Positions 25,728 to 34,878 of a DNA stretch of 64,000 bases are shown piece by piece. The translations under genes were made by a program, and so were the position numbers. Origin of the DNA: Clostridia bacterium (lineage in GTDB: Bacteria; Bacillota; Clostridia; Christensenellales; UBA1242); NCBI GenBank assembly GCA_045534265.1, contig JAZSJH010000005.1:86234-150233 (forward strand), read 5' to 3'. The notes beneath the pieces were generated by a model. It worked only from the letters and a program-made list of their open reading frames with translations, did not search any database and was not told the DNA's origin. Every line of letters begins with the position of its first letter. Position 1 is the stretch's first letter.

Positions 25728-27212
25728 ATGGCACAAGAAAATAATAATCAAAACACACAAGAATTATCTCACGAAATTGATATAAGAAGAGGTAAGATTG
25801 AAAAACTAAAAGCAGAAGGCAAGATTCCTTATGCAGAAAAGTTTGATAGAACTCACAAAATCTGTGAAGCAAGAAATTTGCCAGAAGGAACAACTGTTTC
25901 TGTTTGTGGTAGAATGACTTTTAGAAGAATTATGGGTAAGCTTAGCTTTTTTGTTATCCAAGATATTGAAGGAAAAATCCAAGTATCTATCGGCCGTAAC
26001 GAAATGGACGAAGAGACTTATACTTTCTATAAGCAAATGGTAGACGTAGGTGACTTTGTTGGTGTTACTGGTGAGCTTTATGTTACACACACAGGCGAAG
26101 TAACTGTAAGAACAAGAGAGTTTAAGTTGCTTTCTAAAGCTATGCTTCCACTTCCAGAAAAATTCCATGGATTATCTAATATCGAACAAAGATATAGAGA
26201 AAGATATATGGACCTTGTTTCTAACGAAGAGAGCAGAACTGTATTTCTAAAGAGAAGCAAGCTACTTACATATATCCGTAAGTTTTTGGGCGAAAATGGA
26301 TTTTTGGAAGTTGAAACTCCTATTCTTCAAGGCGCTGTTTGTGGTGCATCTGCAAAACCTTTCTTTACACACCACAATGCACTAGATAAAGAATGTAACC
26401 TACGTATTGCTCCAGAAGTATACCTAAAGCAAGTTATTGCTGGTGGTTTTGACAGAGTGTTTGAAGTTGCAAAGTGTTTCCGTAACGAAGGTATGGACCC
26501 AAGCCACTTGCAAGAATTTACTATGGTAGAGTGGTACGCAAGCTACTGGAACTTTGAAGATAATATCAAATTCTTTACAGAGTTTATCCGTGGTGCACTT
26601 ATGGAAATCAACGGAAGTTTAGAGCTTACTGTTGGTGATGTAACACTTGACTTTAGCAAAGAATTCAAAAGAATTAACTATACAGAAGAAGTAAACAAGA
26701 TTTTAGGGCTAAATGTTCTTGATTATACTGATGTAAATGAATTCAAAAAGGCAGTTGTAGCAACTGGTTTATTTGATGCTGACGAATTTGACCAATGCAA
26801 AACTGTTGGTGGTGTAATTGATATTGTTTATAAGAGAAAAATTAGACAACATATCGTAGAGCCAACTGTTTTATACAACTATCCAGCTTGTCTTGTTCCA
26901 CTTGCTCGTAGAAATGACGAAGATGCAAGACGTATTGATATGTTCCAAGTACTAGTTTTGGGTGATGAAATTTGTAAGGCTTATTCTGAGCTTGTTGACC
27001 CAATCGTTCAAAGAGAAGCTCTAGAAGACCAAGCAAAAGCAAAACTTGATGGTGATGACGAAGCTATGGATCTTGATGAAGACTTCTTGCTTGCTATGGA
27101 ACACGGTATGCCACCTATTTCAGGTCTTGGTTTTGGTGTTGATAGACTTATGGTTCTTTTGACATCACAACCATCTATTAGAGACGTTGTATTGTTCCCA
27201 ATGATGAAATAA
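25728..27212 (+). CDS. lysS: lysine--tRNA ligase (class II)
   Basis: Typical LysS N-terminus and class II motifs (FRNEG, GLGFGVDRL). The ATG at 25728 is preferred over the track start at 25674. Candidate proximal promoter TTGTTT-17-TGtTATTAT at 25674-25702. Confidence 0.95.
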   Translation: MAQENNNQNTQELSHEIDIRRGKIEKLKAEGKIPYAEKFDRTHKICEARNLPEGTTVSVCGRMTFRRIMGKLSFFVIQDIEGKIQVSIGRNEMDEETYTFYKQMVDVGDFVGVTGELYVTHTGEVTVRTREFKLLSKAMLPLPEKFHGLSNIEQRYRERYMDLVSNEESRTVFLKRSKLLTYIRKFLGENGFLEVETPILQGAVCGASAKPFFTHHNALDKECNLRIAPEVYLKQVIAGGFDRVFEVAKCFRNEGMDPSHLQEFTMVEWYASYWNFEDNIKFFTEFIRGALMEINGSLELTVGDVTLDFSKEFKRINYTEEVNKILGLNVLDYTDVNEFKKAVVATGLFDADEFDQCKTVGGVIDIVYKRKIRQHIVEPTVLYNYPACLVPLARRNDEDARRIDMFQVLVLGDEICKAYSELVDPIVQREALEDQAKAKLDGDDEAMDLDEDFLLAMEHGMPPISGLGFGVDRLMVLLTSQPSIRDVVLFPMMK

Positions 27213-27236
27213 TCAAACAAAATTTAGGAGATATTT

Positions 27237-28103
27237 ATGATAACAGTAGTATGTGATTCTGCATGCGATTTATGGAAAGACCAAATAAAAGAATTGAAAG
27301 TTAAAGTTCTTCAGTTTCCTTTTCTTCTTGATGGCGAAGAACAAGAAAAACCACTTGTAGAGCCAGAAGATTTTGATGAATATTACGCAAAACTAAAAAA
27401 AGGTGTAATGCCATCAACTTCTTTGATTAACGAATTTGTTTTGGAAGAATATTTTGAAGAAATTTTGAAAAAAGGTGATGATATTTTATTTATCCACTTT
27501 TCTTCAGCGCTTACTTCTACTTTCAATAGTTTTCCGGCGCTTGTAGATAGATTACTTCTTAAGTACCCAGAAAGAAAGTTTTTGGTTTGTGACACACTTG
27601 GTGTTACTATGCAGTCAGGACTACTTGTTTATGATGCGGTGAAAAAACTAAATAAGGGTGAATCTTTGGAAGATGTTCATAAATATCTTGAAGATATGAA
27701 ACAAAGAATTGCTTGCTACTTTGGTGTAGATGATTTGTTCTTCCTAAAACGTGGCGGAAGAGTATCTGCAGCAACAGCAATTGCAGGGACACTTCTTGGT
27801 ATTAAACCAATTCTTAAATGTAATGATGAAGGAAAAGTAGTTAAATACGCAACTTGTAAAGGCCGCAAAGGCATTATTACAAAACTTGTTGATATAATGA
27901 AAGAAACAGGTGATGCAGTAGCCGACTATCCAATTATCGTTATGCACGCATCATGCGAAGAAGATGCAAAACTTTTGAAAGAAGAAGTTGTAAAGGTAGT
28001 TGGTCCAGATGCTAATGTATGGATACAACCAGTAGGTCCTGTTATTGGAACTCACGCAGGCCCTAATGTCCTTGCCCTTGTATTTAGAGCAAAACACAGA
28101 TAA
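27237..28103 (+). CDS. DegV-family fatty-acid-binding protein
   Basis: DegV-like sequence and length (288 aa). Confidence 0.8.
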   Translation: MITVVCDSACDLWKDQIKELKVKVLQFPFLLDGEEQEKPLVEPEDFDEYYAKLKKGVMPSTSLINEFVLEEYFEEILKKGDDILFIHFSSALTSTFNSFPALVDRLLLKYPERKFLVCDTLGVTMQSGLLVYDAVKKLNKGESLEDVHKYLEDMKQRIACYFGVDDLFFLKRGGRVSAATAIAGTLLGIKPILKCNDEGKVVKYATCKGRKGIITKLVDIMKETGDAVADYPIIVMHASCEEDAKLLKEEVVKVVGPDANVWIQPVGPVIGTHAGPNVLALVFRAKHR

Positions 28104-28121
28104 TAACATATTTATAGCAGC

Positions 28122-28155
28122 AAAAAAGCAAGTATTGATTTACTTGCTTTTTTTA
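28122..28155. terminator. bidirectional terminator between degV and dinB
   Basis: AGCAAGTA/TACTTGCT stem (28127-28134/28141-28148) with flanking A- and T-runs. Confidence 0.6.
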
Positions 28156-29376
28156 TTAATAAAACTCATCATCATCTTGAGTTCGTATTAAGTTTTCGGT
28201 ATTAAGTAGAAGCGCTTTTTTTATGCCGATATCACCATATTTTTCTCTTATTTTGTCAATGCTTTTTTCTTCATTGGTCTTTTTTGTGTCGATTTTTGTC
28301 GAAGAAAACAAATCAAGTTGCCTGTCAAAGTCATCACTCAAAAGGTTAGAGCAAGCCACTCTCATAGATCTTATTGGCGTGCCTGTTTTCCAGTTTGATT
28401 TGTATATTTTGATAACCGCATCAAAAAGGTCTTTTGTATGACAAACAGGTGACGGGAAGGTTTTGCTAAATGATACCCACTTAAGAGAGCTGTCTCTTAT
28501 AGATAGGGTAATAGTAGAGCCGCAAAGAGATTTTTTTCTCATACGGCTGCTTATGCTATCGCAAAGAAAATACGCAATTTTGCGAAAGTCGTCTTCGGAT
28601 GTAATGTCATAAATAGCAGTTGTTCCGTTACCTATGCTCTTGATTGCTGTATTGTCATCAAAGTATGCAACTTCAGTTTCATCTTTGCCGTTTGCTATAT
28701 CAATAATTTCCTTTCCGCCTACGCCAAAATAGTGGGTTAGGACTTTTTCGTCTGCCATAGCCAAATCTTTGCAGGTGATAATATTTAATTTTTTCAAAAC
28801 TTCATTTCGGCTTCTTCCTACAAACATAAGGCTATTTGCAGGGAGTTTCCAAACAATGTCTTTGAAATTTTCTTTGGTTATTTCTGTCGTTCCGTCTGGT
28901 TTTTTAAGATCGGAGCCGAGCTTTGCAAACATTTTACAAAAGCTCACCCCAACGGAGATTGTAAGCCCAAGCTCTTTTTTGACAGTCTCTCTTAATGTAT
29001 CTGCAATCTGTCTTCCTGAGCCAAAAAGTTTTGTGCTATGTGTTACATCAAGCCAACACTCATCAAGACCAAAAGGCTCAACCTTGTCTGTATATCTAAG
29101 ATAAATCTCACGGACTTTTTTAGAATAAACTGCGTATTCTTCGTGGTGTGGGGCTACGCAAATAAGGTCAGGGCATTTTTGCTTGGCTTTCCATATTACA
29201 TCACCAGTTTGTACGCCCATTGACTTTGCTAAAGTATTCTTTGCAAGTATAATGCCTGTTCTTGTCCTTGGATTGCCTGATACAGCAAGTGGCTTTCCGG
29301 CAAGCTCTGGGTGGCGCAAACACTCAACTGATGCATAAAAGTTATTCAAATCACAATGCAAAATAACTCTTTCCAT
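28156..29376 (-). CDS. dinB: DNA polymerase IV (Y-family)
   Basis: ILHCDLNNFYASVE N-terminus. The ATG at 29376 follows AGGAGAAA. The track start at 29457 is an upstream extension. Confidence 0.9.
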   Translation of the reverse strand: MERVILHCDLNNFYASVECLRHPELAGKPLAVSGNPRTRTGIILAKNTLAKSMGVQTGDVIWKAKQKCPDLICVAPHHEEYAVYSKKVREIYLRYTDKVEPFGLDECWLDVTHSTKLFGSGRQIADTLRETVKKELGLTISVGVSFCKMFAKLGSDLKKPDGTTEITKENFKDIVWKLPANSLMFVGRSRNEVLKKLNIITCKDLAMADEKVLTHYFGVGGKEIIDIANGKDETEVAYFDDNTAIKSIGNGTTAIYDITSEDDFRKIAYFLCDSISSRMRKKSLCGSTITLSIRDSSLKWVSFSKTFPSPVCHTKDLFDAVIKIYKSNWKTGTPIRSMRVACSNLLSDDFDRQLDLFSSTKIDTKKTNEEKSIDKIREKYGDIGIKKALLLNTENLIRTQDDDEFY

Positions 29377-29569
29377 TAATTTTCTCCTATGCTTAGTATA
29401 GACCTTTTTTGCTTGTTTATCAAATAACTTTTGATAGTAAAAATTTGCAAGTGACATTTTTGGGACATATCAAAAAAATCATATTATTCAAAAAAATGCA
29501 GCTAAATATGTGCATAACTATATTTTTATTGAGATTTGTTTTTTTATTCAAAAAACTGCCCTTAAACAT

Positions 29570-29601
29570 TTGACAAAAATGCACGGGGGGGGGGGTAAAC
29601 T
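29570..29601 (+). promoter_or_regulatory. promoter TTGACA-20-TAAACT with a G11 tract in the spacer
   Basis: TTGACA 29570-29575. G11 at 29585-29595 abuts TAAACT at 29596-29601. Homologous to 13336-13365. Confidence 0.5.
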
Positions 29602-29665
29602 AGGTGTAAGGATAGGTGTACCTTTTGTAAGGTATGCCTAATTGTGGACAAAGGAGAAAAAATAT

Positions 29666-30931
29666 ATGGGATTAGTTCCTGCAAAATGTACAATGTGTGG
29701 TGCGTCTATAGAAGTAGACCCTAGTCAAGAAGCTGGCATATGTAAGCATTGTGGTACGGCATTTATTACCGAAAAAGTAATTAATAATTATAATACAATC
29801 AATGTAGATAAATCTGTGAATATTTATCTAGGCGGTAAGGGTGATAGCAAAAAAGAAGAAAGAGATGATGAAATAAAAGCCCTTATGGTGTCACTAGATT
29901 ATACAGACGAAGTAGACACATACAAAAGAGCTCAAGATTTGGTAAAACAATATCCAGGCTCTGCAGATGCTCATGTAGCAGCGGCTTTTGCTATTGGTGA
30001 GCTTATGACAAGAAATTTAGAAGGGGTATATATTGACGACATAGTCGACTACGAAATGTATTTTAATGAAGTTGATGGAAAAGATGTGTTTATAAACATA
30101 TCTTATCCATTGGGACTACTTGACAAAGCCAAAAAGTTTGTAAAAAATGAAAACGAAAAACAAAAAGTTATCAACGCAGAAAAAGACTTCCATCAAAAGA
30201 TTGTTTGTAGATTGTATGAGTATTACATTAGGTCTAATAGACTTGGACCAAATAGAGATAAAATCTTAAAAGAAGCCCCTATGTCTGTAGAAAAAATACT
30301 ATCAAGGATAAATCCGCCTGAAGATAAACCTAAACCAACACAAACAATTACTGAACCAAAGAAAAAAGCAAAATTTAACTTTTTCAATTGTTTTATTGGG
30401 GCATCAAATACAATAGATTGGACTATGATAGCTTCTGTGTTACTTGTTATTGGTTTTATTGTTTGTATGTGTTTGCCTGTGGTTAGAGAATGGTTGCTTG
30501 TTAGATGGTTTTTGTTTAGTGTAATTGTTGTATTTGTTCTTTTGTCTTTGTGGACTATTATTTATGCGATAAAAACCGAATTAGACATTATTTATGTAAA
30601 GAATAATTGTGAAGAAAAAGATCCAAACAAGTACGACCCTGACGATTATACAAGAGAAAAATTGATGACATTTGATGTAATACTTACAAAAGATAATTAC
30701 ATCTATGCTATGATTCCTTATGTTGATGATACCGTTATGATTTATCATATTATAAGAAGAATTGCAGAAGACTTAAAAACAAAAGCACTAAAGACAGAAG
30801 ATGTAGATTGGAATTTTGTTTATTCTCAAGCACGTTTGGCTTTAGAATTTGCCACTGACAAAAAGAAATATTCAAACGAAGAGATTTTTGCATACATCAA
30901 AAAACAAAAAAACAAATACAAACTAAAATAA
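29666..30931 (+). CDS. zinc-ribbon membrane protein, paralog B
   Basis: AAGGAG RBS then ATG at 29666. Same architecture as 13431..14678 and high N-terminal identity to it (CTMCG...CKHCG ribbon). Confidence 0.7.
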   Translation: MGLVPAKCTMCGASIEVDPSQEAGICKHCGTAFITEKVINNYNTINVDKSVNIYLGGKGDSKKEERDDEIKALMVSLDYTDEVDTYKRAQDLVKQYPGSADAHVAAAFAIGELMTRNLEGVYIDDIVDYEMYFNEVDGKDVFINISYPLGLLDKAKKFVKNENEKQKVINAEKDFHQKIVCRLYEYYIRSNRLGPNRDKILKEAPMSVEKILSRINPPEDKPKPTQTITEPKKKAKFNFFNCFIGASNTIDWTMIASVLLVIGFIVCMCLPVVREWLLVRWFLFSVIVVFVLLSLWTIIYAIKTELDIIYVKNNCEEKDPNKYDPDDYTREKLMTFDVILTKDNYIYAMIPYVDDTVMIYHIIRRIAEDLKTKALKTEDVDWNFVYSQARLALEFATDKKKYSNEEIFAYIKKQKNKYKLK

Positions 30932-30945
30932 AATTATATAAATAA

Positions 30946-30977
30946 TAAAAACACCTAAAAGTTAGGTGTTTTTTTTG
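30946..30977 (+). terminator. intrinsic terminator
   Basis: ACACCTAA/TTAGGTGT stem (30951-30958/30962-30969) followed by T8. Confidence 0.65.
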
Positions 30978-31045
30978 TTGAAAAGCTTGTTTTAGATTTC
31001 TTGCTAAGGGACAAAAATACTCTTAAAATTTTTTTGTATAGATAG

Positions 31046-31116
31046 TTGACAGGTCGGGGACAATTGTTTTATAATATAAAGGTCAAAGAAAGTCAAACTT
31101 TTTACAAAAGGTCAAA
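31046..31116 (+). promoter_or_regulatory. ctsR-clpC promoter (TTGACA-18-TATAAT) followed by CtsR heptad boxes
   Basis: TTGACA 31046-31051. TATAAT 31070-31075. GGTCAAA-gaa-AGTCAAA at 31081-31097 and a third GGTCAAA at 31110-31116. Confidence 0.65.
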
Positions 31117-31176
31117 ATTTTGCTAAAAAGTAGAGAATAGATAAGATTTTGGCAAACTACAAAAAAGGATAAATTG

Positions 31177-31635
31177 ATGCAAAACATAAGTGATATAATA
31201 GAAGAGTTTATCATATCAACTATGGGTGGTGACAACCGCCTAGATTTATCACGCAATGATTTGGCGGAGTATTTTGGCTGTGCCCCAAGCCAAATCAACT
31301 ATGTTTTGTCTACTAGATTTAATATAAATAGGGGATACATTGTCGAAAGTCAGCGTGGTGGCGGTGGCTTTATCAAAGTAATCAAAATTGTTGATTTTGA
31401 CAATAACTATATGGCAGATATCATAAACAACAGGCTATCATATCCTATTAGTTACAAAGATAGCTTGTTTATGCTGGAAGATTTGATAGCAAAAGGCTTT
31501 TTGACAGAAGAGCAAGCTAAAGTTATATCATACAGCATTTCGCCAAAAGCAATTAGTCTTCCTATAAAGGGTGAAGATGAGTTAAGAGCTAGAATGTTAA
31601 AAAATATTTTTGCAAATATAATAAGGGAGAAGTAA
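31177..31635 (+). CDS. ctsR: class III stress-gene repressor CtsR
   Basis: LAEYFGCAPSQINYVLSTRF...ESQRGGGGFI is the CtsR signature. Confidence 0.9.
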   Translation: MQNISDIIEEFIISTMGGDNRLDLSRNDLAEYFGCAPSQINYVLSTRFNINRGYIVESQRGGGGFIKVIKIVDFDNNYMADIINNRLSYPISYKDSLFMLEDLIAKGFLTEEQAKVISYSISPKAISLPIKGEDELRARMLKNIFANIIREK

Positions 31636-31639
31636 TAAG

Positions 31640-34090
31640 ATGAATAATATCAAATTTACAGATAGCGCAGATAAGACAATAAAATACGCTAGCGAAATTG
31701 CAATCAAACTTGGTACCAATCAAATAGGTAGTGAGCATTTATTGTATGGACTTTTGAATATTTCAAGCTCTCTTGCTTGCAAAAAATTAAAAGATGCAAG
31801 CGTTGATAAAGAAAGGCTTTATGGTCTATTTTTGAAAAATGCAAGCAACTATCGTATGTATTCAAATCAAATGGAACTATCTCCGGTTAGTAAAAATATT
31901 ATTTCTATAGCTCAAAATTTGTCAGTAAGACTAGAGCATAACTTTGTATCTGCAGAGCATATACTTCTTGCAGCATTATATAGCGAAGATTGCTATGCAA
32001 ATCGTATTTTGCAAACTTATTTTAGAGTAGATGTAGCGGCTATGCGTGATAGTTTGCTTGAAGATATGTCAAGGCAGGTTGAAAATGAAAAAGCCTTTGA
32101 AGATATTCCAGACGCAAAGCCCGAAAAGACACTTCCAGACAACCTACTTGAGATGGGTTATGACCTAACATACAAAGCAAAACAAGGTAAAATGGACCCT
32201 ATTATTGGTCGTGAACAAGAAACCGAAAGAATAATAGAAATACTTTGCCGTAAGACAAAAAACAACCCAATTTTGATTGGTGAGCCGGGTGTTGGCAAAA
32301 CGGCTGTTGTAGAAGGTCTTGCTCAAGCAATAGTTAAAGGCAGAGTTCCGCAAGTACTAAGAGATAAGACTATATACTGCCTAGATATAGCATCACTTAT
32401 GGCAGGAACAAAGTATAGGGGCGAACTAGAAAAAAGACTAAAAGAAGCAATCGAAACAATTATTCAAAACAAAAATATAATTGTATTTATAGACGAAATT
32501 CACACCCTAGCCCAAAGCGGTAGCGAAAAGGGTGATGTTAGTCCTTCAGATATGTTAAAGCCATATTTGGCTCGTGGCGAACTTCAAACAATAGGCGCTA
32601 CAACTACTGACGAATATCGTAAGTTTATCGAAAAAGACAAAGCCTTAGAGCGTAGATTCCAACCGATTATGGTTAATCCACCATCAGTAGAAGATGCTAT
32701 TGAGATTTTGAAAGGTATAAGAGATAGTTACGAAGCTTTCCACAAAGTAAAAATTACAGATGAGGCAATTGTTGCTGCAGCAAAATTATCAGATAGATAT
32801 ATTATGGACAGAAGTCTTCCGGACAAAGCAATTGACCTTATAGACGAAGCTTCATCAAGGGCTAGAGTTACAAATAGCATTATGCCAAAAAGTGTTGAAG
32901 AAAAAATGATGAAGTATACAGAGCTTCACAATAATCTTCAAGAAGCATATATTCAAGGAAATAACTCCCGCGCTGAAAGACTAAAAGATGAAATGTTGTC
33001 TTTGTACAGAGTAATCGAAGAAGAGCGCAAAGCAAACAATTTATCAAAACCAAAATCTGAGCCAACAATTATGGAAACAGATATTGCCGAAGTTATTGCG
33101 AAATGGACAGGTATACCTGTTAATAAAATAACCGAAAGCGAAAAGGACAAATTACTTCGCCTAGAAGAGATAATTCACAAGAGGGTAATTGGTCAAGAAG
33201 AAGCGGTTACTGCCGTTTGCAAGGCAATTAGACGCTCTAGAGTGGGATTGCAAGATGGAAAACGTCCAATTGGTTCGTTTTTATTCCTTGGACAAACAGG
33301 TGTTGGTAAAACAGAACTTTGCAAAGCTTTGGCTGAGGCAATGTTTGATAATGAAAACAGCATTATAAGAATAGATATGAGTGAATATATGGAAAGCCAC
33401 TCTGTTGCAAAATTAATTGGTGCGCCTCCAGGATATGTAGGTCATGATGATGGTGGACAATTAACAGAGCAAGTAAGACGTAAACCATATTCTGTAGTAT
33501 TATTTGATGAAATAGAAAAAGCACACCCTGATGTGTTTAACATAATGTTGCAAATGCTAGATGACGGAAGACTAACAGATAGCCAAGGCAGAGTAGTTAA
33601 CTTCAAAAACACAATTATCATTATGACTAGCAACTGCGGTATCTCAGAACTTCAATCAAGAAGTGCAAGTTTAGGATTTTCTAATATGGGTATATCAAGA
33701 GAAAACCCTGACTATGACCAAATGAAAGATATCATTATGGCTTCTGTTAGACGCAAGTTCAAACCAGAGCTTCTTAACCGTATAGATGTAATAACAGTAT
33801 TCCATAGTCTTGGAGTAGAAGAACTAACCAAGATAGCAAAACTAATGCTTTCTTCTCTAAACAAACGACTAAAAGAGCATAGTATAGATATTAAGTTTAC
33901 CGAAAATGCTCTAAGATATGTTGTCGAAAAAGGTACAAACCCAGAGTATGGCGCAAGACCTTTGAAAAGACTTATCCAACAAGAAATTGAAGACCGCCTT
34001 GCTGATGGGCTACTTAGTGGAGAACTTAACAAAGCAACTGTTATTGTTGATAGTGATGGAAATAATTTGTATTTCAAAAACTCAAATTAG
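31640..34090 (+). CDS. clpC: ATP-dependent Clp protease ATP-binding subunit ClpC
   Basis: Clp-N repeats and two AAA+ modules ([16 protein letters not shown]). Directly follows ctsR. Confidence 0.9.
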   Translation: MNNIKFTDSADKTIKYASEIAIKLGTNQIGSEHLLYGLLNISSSLACKKLKDASVDKERLYGLFLKNASNYRMYSNQMELSPVSKNIISIAQNLSVRLEHNFVSAEHILLAALYSEDCYANRILQTYFRVDVAAMRDSLLEDMSRQVENEKAFEDIPDAKPEKTLPDNLLEMGYDLTYKAKQGKMDPIIGREQETERIIEILCRKTKNNPILIGEPGVGKTAVVEGLAQAIVKGRVPQVLRDKTIYCLDIASLMAGTKYRGELEKRLKEAIETIIQNKNIIVFIDEIHTLAQSGSEKGDVSPSDMLKPYLARGELQTIGATTTDEYRKFIEKDKALERRFQPIMVNPPSVEDAIEILKGIRDSYEAFHKVKITDEAIVAAAKLSDRYIMDRSLPDKAIDLIDEASSRARVTNSIMPKSVEEKMMKYTELHNNLQEAYIQGNNSRAERLKDEMLSLYRVIEEERKANNLSKPKSEPTIMETDIAEVIAKWTGIPVNKITESEKDKLLRLEEIIHKRVIGQEEAVTAVCKAIRRSRVGLQDGKRPIGSFLFLGQTGVGKTELCKALAEAMFDNENSIIRIDMSEYMESHSVAKLIGAPPGYVGHDDGGQLTEQVRRKPYSVVLFDEIEKAHPDVFNIMLQMLDDGRLTDSQGRVVNFKNTIIIMTSNCGISELQSRSASLGFSNMGISRENPDYDQMKDIIMASVRRKFKPELLNRIDVITVFHSLGVEELTKIAKLMLSSLNKRLKEHSIDIKFTENALRYVVEKGTNPEYGARPLKRLIQQEIEDRLADGLLSGELNKATVIVDSDGNNLYFKNSN

Positions 34091-34163
34091 TTAAAAACAT
34101 TTTGCAACAATAAAGAGAGATGATATAATAAAAATAGGAAAATCAAAAGGGAGGTATTTTACT

Positions 34164-34694
34164 ATGAAAATTGAGATTTCTGCAAAAAATTATACTGTGA
34201 GCAACAAGTTGCAAGCACTTATCGAAAAGAAGGTAGGCAAACTAGACAAATATCTAGAAGATGACGCTGCAGCAACTATCGTATGCAAACAAGAAGGCAA
34301 GCTTTGTAAACTAGAGCTAAATGTTAGGTCAAAAGGTCTGTTCTATCGTTCTGAAGTTCAAGGCGAGAATATGTATGTTAACATTGACGTAGCACTAGCT
34401 AAGGTTGAAAGACAAATAGTAAAAACTGCTGACAAGTTCAAAACAAAATTTAGAAAAGGTGCAGACTTTAATGCTGACTTTATCTACTTTGATGAAAAGC
34501 CAGAAGAAGAAACACACAAACTTGTTAAAACAAAGACATTTGAACTTGAACCTATCTCTGTAGAAGATGCACAAATTGCTCTTGAAAACCTAGATAATAA
34601 TTTCTATGTTTTCTTAAATCGTGAGACAAATAACGTTAACGTTATCTACAAAAGAAACGATGGCAACTACGGTGTAATCGAGGTTGTTTATTAA
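34164..34694 (+). CDS. hpf: ribosome hibernation promoting factor (long form)
   Basis: RaiA/HPF N-domain plus a C-terminal dimerisation domain. 176 aa. Confidence 0.85.
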   Translation: MKIEISAKNYTVSNKLQALIEKKVGKLDKYLEDDAAATIVCKQEGKLCKLELNVRSKGLFYRSEVQGENMYVNIDVALAKVERQIVKTADKFKTKFRKGADFNADFIYFDEKPEEETHKLVKTKTFELEPISVEDAQIALENLDNNFYVFLNRETNNVNVIYKRNDGNYGVIEVVY

Positions 34695-34698
34695 GATT

Positions 34699-34732
34699 AA
34701 AAAGACCACTCAAAATCTTGAGTGGTTTTTTG
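34699..34732 (+). terminator. intrinsic terminator
   Basis: ACCACTCAA/TTGAGTGGT stem (34705-34713/34718-34726) followed by a T-run. Confidence 0.65.
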
Positions 34733-34878
34733 TTGCAATATGCTGATATAATCAAAGCATATAATAATTATCTTTTTGTTTAATATGCAAATAAAATAAC
34801 ATATGCGAAAAATTAATAAGATATGTAACAAATAAAAAATTTTGTGTATAAAAAAGGCGGGGTAGAAAGCCCCGTCTT

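Noticed and set aside
29377-29470. LexA (Cheo box, GAAC-N4-GTTC) operator upstream of dinB.
   Set aside because: No such motif is present in the upstream ~100 nt on either strand.
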